Assembly: GCA_964507445.1 (NCBI GenBank)
Contig: CAZDQF010000020.1
Location: forward strand, 6,528-70,527
DNA from: an uncultured Isosphaeraceae bacterium
GTDB lineage: Bacteria; Planctomycetota; GCA-002687715
Direction: 5' to 3'
DNA: 64,000 bases
Translations under genes and position numbers: made by a program
The notes under the pieces: generated by a model
What the model was told of the DNA's origin: nothing
What the model saw: only the letters and a program-made list of their open reading frames with translations
The model's database searches: none
Part shown: in pieces, positions 47,257 to 55,457 of the stretch
Numbering within the stretch: position 1 is the first letter of the stretch
Layout: each line of letters opens with the position of its first letter

Positions 47257-48852
47257 TTAGTCCCGGCCTCGTCTCTTGTCCCGCCACGCTGCGGGCATGG
47301 GGCTGACATCGGTGTCATCCTCGTAGCGGCGCCTCAGGGCGGCCAAGCGCTTCTTGAGGTCCGCGACCACCGTGGTCTGCTCCCCGTCGTAGATGTTCCT
47401 CAGCTCGTCCGGGTCATCGCGCAGGTCATATAGCTCCCATTCGTCGAGCTGGTAGAAGTGGATGAGCTTGTATCTGCGGGTCCTGATCCCGTAGTGCCGG
47501 GCGACCATGTGGACCGCCGGGTAGCCGTGGTAGTGGTAGTAGAGTTCGTCCCTCCAGTCGGGCGTATCACCACGGAGGAGGGGGACGAGGGAGCGCCCTT
47601 GCATGTCGGCGGGGATCTTCGCGCCGGCCAGCTCGAGGAAGGTCTGGGCGTAGTCCAGGTTCTGGACGAGCTCCGCGCGGACCGAGCCCGGCCGGGTCAC
47701 GCCGGGCCAGCGCACGATCAAGGGCATGGACATGGACTCGTCGTACATCCAGCGCTTGTCGTACCAGCCGTGATCCCCGAGGTAGAAGCCCTGGTCGGAT
47801 GAGTAGATGAAGACCGTGTTCTCCGCCAGGCCCTGGGACTCGAGGAAGGCCGAGAGCCGGGCGACGCTGTCGTCCACCCCGCGGACGCAGCGCAGGTAGT
47901 TCTTCAGGTACCGCTGGTACTTCCAGCGCACCAGCTCCTTCCCCTTCAGGTCCGCGGCGCGAAAGGCCGCGTTCTTCTCCGCATAGGCCTGGTCCCATTG
48001 GCGCCGCTGCTCGGGCGTCATCTTGGCCAGGTTGCGGAAACCGGACCGATCGGACCCTCTCTCCTTCTTGGGGTCGAACCCCGGAGGGGCGTCCAGGAAC
48101 AGATCGAAGACCGGGTGCAGGTGGCGGTCGATCTCCATCTCCTGGTGTCGCGCCGGGCTGGCGTTGTCCTGCCAACGGTCGAAGAGGGTCGCCGGCTCCG
48201 GGATATCCACGTCGTCGTAGAGGGACAGGTGTCGCGGTGGCGGCATCCAGGTCCGGTGCGGGGCCTTGTGCTGGCACATGAGCATGAACGGCCGCTCCGT
48301 GTCCCGGTCCTTCATCCACTGGATGGCGAGGTCCGTGACGATGTCGGTGCAGTAGCCCTCCACCTGGCGGCGCCCCTTCGCGCTCACCAGGACCGGGTTG
48401 TAGTAGTCCCCCTGCCCCGGGAGCACCTCCCAGTGATCGAACCCCTGGGGATCGGAGCTCAGGTGCCACTTGCCGAGCATGGCGGTCTGGTAGCCGGCGG
48501 CCTTCAGCAACTTGGGGAAGGTCTGCTGATCCCCGTCGAACCGGTTGCCGTTCTTCATGAAGCCGTTCTTGTGGCTGTGCTTCCCGGTGAGGATCACGGC
48601 TCTGCTGGGGCCGCAGATGGAGTTGGTGCAGAAGCTGTTCCTGAACAACATCCCCTGGCTGGCCAGCCGGTCGATGCTGGGGGTGGGGTTCAACTTCGCC
48701 AGCGGTCCGCCGTAGGCCCCGATGGCGTGGGGCGCGTGATCGTCGGTGAACACGAAGACGATGTTGGGCCGCCTCGGTTGGACTGGTTGGGCCGAGGCTG
48801 CGCCCGTGATGGCCACTGCGATCGCAGACAGATGAGCGATGTATCGAAGCAT
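47257..48852 (-). CDS. sulfatase (formylglycine-dependent, arylsulfatase/N-sulfoglucosamine-type)
   Basis: The start is at MLRYIAHLSAIAVAITGAASAQ. Motifs seen: NIVFVFTDDH, the sulfatase signature CGPSRAVILTG (C-x-P-x-R), and GKWHL. Confidence 0.9.
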   Translation of the reverse strand: MLRYIAHLSAIAVAITGAASAQPVQPRRPNIVFVFTDDHAPHAIGAYGGPLAKLNPTPSIDRLASQGMLFRNSFCTNSICGPSRAVILTGKHSHKNGFMKNGNRFDGDQQTFPKLLKAAGYQTAMLGKWHLSSDPQGFDHWEVLPGQGDYYNPVLVSAKGRRQVEGYCTDIVTDLAIQWMKDRDTERPFMLMCQHKAPHRTWMPPPRHLSLYDDVDIPEPATLFDRWQDNASPARHQEMEIDRHLHPVFDLFLDAPPGFDPKKERGSDRSGFRNLAKMTPEQRRQWDQAYAEKNAAFRAADLKGKELVRWKYQRYLKNYLRCVRGVDDSVARLSAFLESQGLAENTVFIYSSDQGFYLGDHGWYDKRWMYDESMSMPLIVRWPGVTRPGSVRAELVQNLDYAQTFLELAGAKIPADMQGRSLVPLLRGDTPDWRDELYYHYHGYPAVHMVARHYGIRTRRYKLIHFYQLDEWELYDLRDDPDELRNIYDGEQTTVVADLKKRLAALRRRYEDDTDVSPMPAAWRDKRRGRD

Positions 48853-48937
48853 GGCCAGATGGTAACCGCCGACTCTCTGTCCAGCGATCACGGAGCGCTG
48901 CGCCCGCTCTGTCGCAGGCGTATGATGGGTCGCGGAG

Positions 48938-49606
48938 ATGGCGACTCAAGGAGCACCCGAGAAGCTGGCGTTCGTCCACATCATGAAGACCGCCGGGTCC
49001 TACGTTGACCGGTACCTTCGTGAACGGGTTCTGCGTCGGCATCGCCTGCGCCCCTGGCGCAACTACGCCATCGCCAACTCATGGGACGCCGGACTGGATC
49101 GGGACTGGAGCGACCCGGAGCTGCGTGGCTTCCTCACCAGCAGGCAGCGGCGGCTCTACGTCCACAACCACGTCAACAACTGGAGCCGGGAGTTGATCGC
49201 GGACTACCGGCGGGCCGGCTTCTTCACCTTCGCCTGGGTGCGGCACCCCGGAGACGCCATGTGCTCCTTCTACCGGTGGCGGATCAAGATGGATGGGGAG
49301 CCTGCGGAGTCCCTGGACCAGTTCATCGGGCACCACATCGACGTGGGGCGCCCCTGGGAGATCCCGGAGTGGTGGGAGAACCTGGACTTCGTGGCGCCGT
49401 TCTCCACGGAGGCCTTCCGCGACTTTCTGCGGCAACGGTTCGCCGTGGACCTGCTCGACACGGAACCCTCCAACGCCAGCGGTAACCGCGGCTACGACCA
49501 CTACCGCGACGTGGGTGAGATCTCCGAGGAGGTCCACGGGCGCCTCCAGGGGTCGCGCCAGATGGCGTGGTTCGAGCAGATCGCCGCCCGGGCCTCCGAT
49601 CGCTGA
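48938..49606 (+). CDS. sulfotransferase-family protein
   Basis: The N-terminal sequence LAFVHIMKTAGSYVDRYL resembles the PAPS 5'-phosphosulfate-binding loop of bacterial and Golgi-type sulfotransferases. It is divergent from the sulfatase gene. Confidence 0.65.
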   Translation: MATQGAPEKLAFVHIMKTAGSYVDRYLRERVLRRHRLRPWRNYAIANSWDAGLDRDWSDPELRGFLTSRQRRLYVHNHVNNWSRELIADYRRAGFFTFAWVRHPGDAMCSFYRWRIKMDGEPAESLDQFIGHHIDVGRPWEIPEWWENLDFVAPFSTEAFRDFLRQRFAVDLLDTEPSNASGNRGYDHYRDVGEISEEVHGRLQGSRQMAWFEQIAARASDR

Positions 49607-49790
49607 ATTCCAGCCCGCGGGACCCGGAGTCCGGGGAACGGGACTTTGGCTGGCCGAGGTCCTCCCCCTCGCTCTGCCAAGGTGCGTTGAAACCGGGACT
49701 TGTGGACTCGTGCGCTTTTGGTGCGGGGGTTGCTCAGTTCACGAGCGTCTGGGGGGCATTTCCTTAGTTCCTGTTCCGAGAAGCACACCC

Positions 49791-50216
49791 ATGAAGATGA
49801 TCGTCGTTCTTGTCGCTCTCCTCGTCGTCGCCGTTCCGGCCTCGGCACAGCTCAGCTTGTCCATGTCCGGGGACCTTTGTCCTGGGGATACCGTGACAGC
49901 CTCCGTCAGTGGCGGTGGATCAGACTTGCTGACGTTCCTGGCTGCGGCGACCAGTCAGGGGAGCACAACCCTCCTTGGTGGCCCGTTCGGCGTCACCATC
50001 GACCTGAGTGCCCCGTTCATCATTTTGCCCATCGGTACGACGGACTCGAACGGTGACGTGAGCCAGTCGGCCGCGTTCCCGGCGAACTTGCCGCCGTCCG
50101 TACTCCCCAACGAACTGCACTTCCAGGCAGCCACCCTGGCGTTCAGTTTCGGCGGGGGCTTCCCCATGACAATCGAGACGTCCAACGTGGCGACCATCAC
50201 CAGCGCCTGCCCATGA
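49791..50216 (+). CDS. small secreted hypothetical protein
   Basis: The ATG at 49791 gives MKMIVVLVALLVVAVPASAQ (a signal peptide) followed by a Ser/Thr/Gly-rich, beta-like sequence. The upstream part of track ORF 49293.. looks off-frame. Confidence 0.5.
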   Translation: MKMIVVLVALLVVAVPASAQLSLSMSGDLCPGDTVTASVSGGGSDLLTFLAAATSQGSTTLLGGPFGVTIDLSAPFIILPIGTTDSNGDVSQSAAFPANLPPSVLPNELHFQAATLAFSFGGGFPMTIETSNVATITSACP

Positions 50217-50354
50217 CGGGCCGGTGATGATCCGCGAGTCGTCGCCGCGGCGACGGATCGGTTGTTTCCAGCTCCCAGGCCAACGGAATAGAGGGCCTGG
50301 GAGCTGGCCCTTTCTTGGGGGGGCCGGGATCCCGGCGCGGGGATTCGGTGTGAT

Positions 50355-50999
50355 CTACCGTCGGGAGGCGACGGAAGGACCGGTGGCGGGCTCCACTCCG
50401 TTGTCGTTGCTGATGACCAGCTTGCCGTAGCGGTTGAAGTCGGACTCGGCGCCGTCGTCGTCACCAAGCTGCGCCCGCACGTGGGCCCGCTGATAGAACG
50501 CCTTGGTGTATTCAGGCCGCAGCTGGATGGCCCGGTCGAGGTCTCGGAGCGCCGCCTCCAGGTCTCCACGACGGTGGTAGGCGAATCCACGATTGCTGAA
50601 GAAATTGGCGGCCTCCTGGTCCATGAGGATCGCCCGGTCATAGGCGAGGATCGCCTGATCCAGTCGTCCCTTGAGCTGCAGCGCCACGCCCAGGTTGTTG
50701 TGGAAGTGCGGGTCCGTATCCCGGAGGTCGAGGGCTCGCTCCATGTCGGCGATGGCGGCGTCGAGGCGGCGCTCGCGGATGTGCAGGCAGGCCCGGTTGT
50801 TCCACGCCACGGAGTTGAACGGGTCCAGGGTGATGGCCCGGTCGTAGTCTGAGCGGGCCTGCGCGTGTTCACCTTCCGCGTACCGCTCGAAGCCTCGCTG
50901 TGTCAGGGCGCGGGCGGCCTCACGGTCCTCGGGGCGGGTGTGCTGGCAAGCGGCGAGGAGGGTGGACAGGATAATCAGGGAGAACAGCTTATTGGTCAT
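50355..50999 (-). CDS. TPR-repeat lipoprotein
   Basis: The start is at MTNKLFSLIILSTLLAACQ (lipobox LAAC). There are about five TPR units (AWNNRACLHI, HNNLGVALQ, FSNRGFAYH, AFYQRAHV). Confidence 0.8.
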   Translation of the reverse strand: MTNKLFSLIILSTLLAACQHTRPEDREAARALTQRGFERYAEGEHAQARSDYDRAITLDPFNSVAWNNRACLHIRERRLDAAIADMERALDLRDTDPHFHNNLGVALQLKGRLDQAILAYDRAILMDQEAANFFSNRGFAYHRRGDLEAALRDLDRAIQLRPEYTKAFYQRAHVRAQLGDDDGAESDFNRYGKLVISNDNGVEPATGPSVASRR

Positions 51000-51280
51000 T
51001 GTGGGTGTGGCTTTTGACGGGGATTGGCTGATGCGGTCCGCGGCGCTCCATCGACCATTGCTATCGGTCGCGCAATGGCGCCGACTGTATGAGAACACGA
51101 CAGTGTGATGACGGATGGTCGCGCTGCGTCCGTCAAACCGGCACAGTCCGCAGACTCCGCTGCAGCAATCGCGGCCTGAGGGTCGATTCAAGGAGAGGAG
51201 AAGGTGGTGCGATGGACCGTGGCTTGGTGCCGCGCCGTGCCTCCGATCTCAACCAGCGTTTGTTGCCGTAGTTCCGTGGA

Positions 51281-52162
51281 GTGCTCTCGATGATCAAGTT
51301 CGCCGGTGTCCTGGTCGCCTCCCTGCTGGTCGCGTTGGTGGCGACCCCAGCCGTCGCCCAGGACGAAGAAACCCAGACGATCGCCCTCGAGAAGATCCTC
51401 GGGAACCCGCAGCCCTTCGAGGGCCTCACGGTCACCCTGGCGCTGCAGTTCCACCAGCTGGGGCGTCTGGACGGCCCGGTGTTCACCAAGTTCGAGAAGG
51501 ACTGGTACCAGAACTTCTCCGCCTGGCCGGACGCCTCCAATCTCTGGGAGAAGAAGGACTACATCAACGACTACCAGTACTTTTTCATCTCCCGCCACTC
51601 TGAGGGCGCGAGCCAGATCATCCACGCGGAGCCGTACTCCCGTTGGCTGGTGACCGCGCAGGTGGCGGAGATCTTCAACGGGAAACCGTGGTTCGAGGTG
51701 AAGGGCCTGCGGAAGCTCGACAAATCGGTCAACCTCGGCACCCTGAAGAACCTGGTGGCGGGGTTCCGCGCCGCGGGGAAGGAGCAGTGGCAGGTGGCCG
51801 CGTCGGCGTTCCGCGCGGCGGACGCCAAGTCCCTCCCCACGGACATCCGCCTCATGGCCATGAACCAGGAAGCGGCGGCGTTGCACGCTGCCGGGCGGAC
51901 TGTTGAGGCCTGTGATCGGCTGGAGGTGGCGCTGAAGATGGTGGACGGTGACCCAGGCACACAGGAGGCGCTGACCACGTATCGCGGCATGATCGCCCTG
52001 GACGCCGAGGGCAACCGCATCGCGGTGGCCTCCAGCACCTCTGGCGACGTGTCCGAGCCCAAGGGCAAGGAAGACAAGGTCGGCAAGGTGACCCTGGACC
52101 TGGTCCCCAAGACCAAGAAGCCGGCGAAGGTCAAGGCCGGCGACGTCTCCAACGACAACTGA
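51281..52162 (+). CDS. secreted hypothetical protein with Lys-rich C-terminal tail
   Basis: It has a signal peptide, IKFAGVLVASLLVALVATPAVAQ. The start is the GTG at 51281 or the ATG at 51290. I recognise no family. Confidence 0.6.
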   Translation: MLSMIKFAGVLVASLLVALVATPAVAQDEETQTIALEKILGNPQPFEGLTVTLALQFHQLGRLDGPVFTKFEKDWYQNFSAWPDASNLWEKKDYINDYQYFFISRHSEGASQIIHAEPYSRWLVTAQVAEIFNGKPWFEVKGLRKLDKSVNLGTLKNLVAGFRAAGKEQWQVAASAFRAADAKSLPTDIRLMAMNQEAAALHAAGRTVEACDRLEVALKMVDGDPGTQEALTTYRGMIALDAEGNRIAVASSTSGDVSEPKGKEDKVGKVTLDLVPKTKKPAKVKAGDVSNDN

Positions 52163-52326
52163 GCGAAGTCTCGTCGTGCCGCAGAGCCGCGTGGGGGGAG
52201 CGCCCCTGACGCGGCTCTTTGCGTCTTACTCGGGAGGTCAGGGTCGGTGGTTGGAATTCTCCGGCCGCCGCTCACGGAGTCCAAGGAACCGCAGCACAAC
52301 GCGAGTTCGTGGTTGCGCGGCGACGG

Positions 52327-54261
52327 TCAGATGTCGGCGCTGTCGATGATCTGCCGCCGCTTGGCCGTGTACTCCTCCTCGGAGAGGACACCGTCGGCGC
52401 GGAGCCGATCCAGGGACCCAAGCCTCTCGCGGAGGTGGTCTGCGCCCTCGTGCGGCGACGAGATCTGCCCCGTGATGGCCTTACCCGTGCGCGAACCCGT
52501 CCCCAGGACGAGCCCGGCGAAGCCGATGCCGAGGAGCAACAAGGTCGCGTAGGCGGCGCTGAGGTACTTGATGCTGAAAGTGAACAGCATGCCCGTCAGC
52601 GCGTCACGTTCGCCGATGCCCACCATGGAGATCGAGCCCGGCAACGCGATGAGCATGACCATCCCCAGTCCGTAGCCAATGCGCCCGAAGTTAATCGGTG
52701 TGCGCCACGGAGCGTAGCCAGCCAGGCAGAAGCCGCAGTATCCGATCATGTAGAGGAACATCAGGCCGATGGACCAGGCCTCCCGCCACAGATCCTCCTC
52801 GAAGAGGATTCTGATGAGCGGCACGTCGGACATGGGAATGATCGGGAGCAGCATCAGCAGGAGGACAACCGAGGCCGCGATGGCGGCCATGAGCGACCCG
52901 ATCCTCCGGTGCGGCGCCGCGCGCACGATGGTCGTTCCGATGAACGTCACCGCCAGACCCAGCACAAGAAGTGTGGTGAACGTGGTGAGTTCTCCCGCAC
53001 CCCGCACGGCGGGGACGGTTGAGAACTGCTCGCTGGAAACAATGAGCCCGACGAGAATGAGGGTCCCGCCGATGGCGAGGCAGGAGATGACACGTCCGCG
53101 CGTCGCTAGAGTGCAGGCGAGGATCACCGTCACGATTCCCGCCAAGGGATGGAGGAGAAACCCAAGGGCGGCGCCGCCCTCGGAGGCTCTGATGAGATCC
53201 CAGGACCAGATGGCTTCGACTTGGTTGCGGCCGGTCGGGACGACGATCGGCAGCAGGAACGAGGCGAACAGCCCGCAGCCGGCGGCGATCCCCCACGGAC
53301 GCCCGAACGTCTCGGGTAGATCGGTGCCCGTCGGCGTTGAGCGTGGTGCCGCCGAATCCGTCGAGGCTGCCGCTGCGGCGACGCCGCGTGTCAGAAGCCC
53401 GAACACGCCGATACCCAGAAGCGCGAGGGCCCCGTATTCGAACAGCGTCCATCTGACGATGGCGTAGGCCAGGAAACCGAGATCCTCGTTTGCTGTCATC
53501 AACCTGAGGAACGGCGATGCCGCCGCGCCGCAGATGGCCAGGAACATGGCCGTCATCCGGAACCAATGACCGCGTGCGACACCCCTCTCCGTGGCGTCGG
53601 CGACGACGCTCGGGAAGTACCCCGCCTGCATGAAGATGCAGAATCCGACCAGCAGAAGCAGCCTCAGTTGCCCCTCCCTAGAGTCAACCCAGGCCTCTCC
53701 CTCGAGGAGGCTCTCCATCAGGGACCATGGCTCGCCTGGAAGCAAGACCAAGAAAAGCACCACGGAGGCGTTGATGGCACCGATCAACGGACCCCGCCGC
53801 AGCATGGGCGCGAAGATCGAGAGAGCGATCCCCAACATCGCGCCGGTCACGGCGACGCGCCTCAGGATGTCGAGGGGCTGCGGCACGGAGGTCGGGCCGT
53901 ACGGATAAGCCTCCGGCCAGGCGAGAAGTTCGACGAGCAGATAGGCGCCGACCGCTGCCACCAAGGCCAGGGGGCGCGCACGCCCCAGCGCCAGCGCGAA
54001 GATCAGCGCGGCGATACCGACGATCGGTCGGAGGAAGACCCAGAGTATCTGCAGCGACGCGAAGTGGTCCGGGTACTCGAATGGCCATTCCCACTGGTCG
54101 GGATACCGTCTGATGGGGAGGAGGGCGGCGACAATCACGGCGGAGGCGGCGATGATCGCCCAGGTGCGCGTGCGGCGCGAGTCGCCGACCTGGGACGGGG
54201 CCCTTGACGTGAGATCGGGTTCAGGCATGGCTTCCTCTACGACTCGATAGTGACAACTCAC
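52327..54261 (-). CDS. large polytopic membrane protein with C-terminal SHOCT domain
   Basis: It has more than 15 hydrophobic segments. The C-terminus LRERLGSLDRLRADGVLSEEEYTAKRRQII matches the SHOCT short C-terminal domain pattern. Confidence 0.75.
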   Translation of the reverse strand: MSCHYRVVEEAMPEPDLTSRAPSQVGDSRRTRTWAIIAASAVIVAALLPIRRYPDQWEWPFEYPDHFASLQILWVFLRPIVGIAALIFALALGRARPLALVAAVGAYLLVELLAWPEAYPYGPTSVPQPLDILRRVAVTGAMLGIALSIFAPMLRRGPLIGAINASVVLFLVLLPGEPWSLMESLLEGEAWVDSREGQLRLLLLVGFCIFMQAGYFPSVVADATERGVARGHWFRMTAMFLAICGAAASPFLRLMTANEDLGFLAYAIVRWTLFEYGALALLGIGVFGLLTRGVAAAAASTDSAAPRSTPTGTDLPETFGRPWGIAAGCGLFASFLLPIVVPTGRNQVEAIWSWDLIRASEGGAALGFLLHPLAGIVTVILACTLATRGRVISCLAIGGTLILVGLIVSSEQFSTVPAVRGAGELTTFTTLLVLGLAVTFIGTTIVRAAPHRRIGSLMAAIAASVVLLLMLLPIIPMSDVPLIRILFEEDLWREAWSIGLMFLYMIGYCGFCLAGYAPWRTPINFGRIGYGLGMVMLIALPGSISMVGIGERDALTGMLFTFSIKYLSAAYATLLLLGIGFAGLVLGTGSRTGKAITGQISSPHEGADHLRERLGSLDRLRADGVLSEEEYTAKRRQIIDSADI

Positions 54262-54426
54262 CCGGGTCCACTATCGTCGCGGGCGCCACGAGCGTCGACG
54301 GATGTGGTCGCGTGCCCGTCTCGCCTTCTCGATCAGCTTGGCGGCCGCATCCATGACGCCATGATCGACCGTGGCCGCGGTCAGCGGTCCCTGGAGAGGT
54401 GGCACGCCCAAGTGTGCCGTGCTTGA

Positions 54427-55413
54427 TCAGAGCGCCGGCGTGGGCGTGTACAGGTGTGAGACGATGCCGTCCACGATCCCCTGGGCGATCCGTTCCTGGT
54501 ACCCCGGGTCGGTGAGCCGTCGTCGCTCCGCGGTGTTGGAGAGGAAGCCGACCTCCAGGAGGACCGCCGGCATGCGGGTCTTGCGGAGGACCCGCAGGCC
54601 GCGGGCGTCGGCGCGGGCCCGGCGGTTGTTGGCTCCGGTCCGGGCCACCACGCTATCGACGATGCTGGTGGCGAGCATGCGGGAGATGGCGCCGCGGCGC
54701 CCGTCGGCGCGGTAGTAGGCCTCGACGCCGGTGGCGCGCTTGTTGGCGGCGCTGTTGGCGTGGATCGAGAGGAAGTAGTCCGCGGACCGCTGGTTGGCGA
54801 TGGCGGCCCGCCTGTCGAGGCTCGGGTAGACGTCGCCGGTGCGGGTGGGGATGGGAGTGGCTCCCAGGGCCCGTAGCTTCGCCACCACCTTGTTGGCGAT
54901 AGGGAGCACCACGGACTTCTCCGTGACCCCGGCGCGCACGGCGCCCGGGTCCTTGCCCCCGTGTCCGGCGTCGATGACGATCTTCACGTTGAACAGCCGT
55001 GGAGGCTTCTTGCGTCCGGGGCGGGGCTTGGGGCGGACCACGGGAGGCTTGGGCTTCGCGTTGGGCCGGGCGGGGACGCCTCGCAGGTCCTCCCGCATGG
55101 CCGCCACCATCTCACCGGGGACCAGCAGCTCTTTGCCGGCCACCCGGACCCTCTGATCGCTGGAGAGGGTGCGTTTGTCCCCCATGAACCGGTAATAGGG
55201 CTTGTCCGCCATGACGTAGAACGCGCGCCCCTTGCGGTCCACCAGCAACCGGTCCTCGGCGAAGCCCGTGGGCTTGATCTTCAGGTCCAGGTCGCGGGCG
55301 ACGTTCGTCAGCGGCTGCAGGCCGCCGGTCGGCTCCGGCTTCTTCGATGTGGCACAACCTCCCATCAGCGCCAGGGCGCTGAGGACCACCACCTTCGTCA
55401 CTCGTGACATCAC
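54427..55413 (-). CDS. N-acetylmuramoyl-L-alanine amidase (Amidase_3, AmiC-like) lipoprotein
   Basis: It has a lipobox, LMGGC. Motifs seen: IVIDAGHGGKDPGA, FLSIHANS, GVEAYY, and MPAVLLEVGFLSN. Confidence 0.9.
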   Translation of the reverse strand: MMSRVTKVVVLSALALMGGCATSKKPEPTGGLQPLTNVARDLDLKIKPTGFAEDRLLVDRKGRAFYVMADKPYYRFMGDKRTLSSDQRVRVAGKELLVPGEMVAAMREDLRGVPARPNAKPKPPVVRPKPRPGRKKPPRLFNVKIVIDAGHGGKDPGAVRAGVTEKSVVLPIANKVVAKLRALGATPIPTRTGDVYPSLDRRAAIANQRSADYFLSIHANSAANKRATGVEAYYRADGRRGAISRMLATSIVDSVVARTGANNRRARADARGLRVLRKTRMPAVLLEVGFLSNTAERRRLTDPGYQERIAQGIVDGIVSHLYTPTPAL

Positions 55414-55457
55414 AGTCCTCCCCAGGAATGTGACGTCAGTCTACACCAGGTGGGGTG

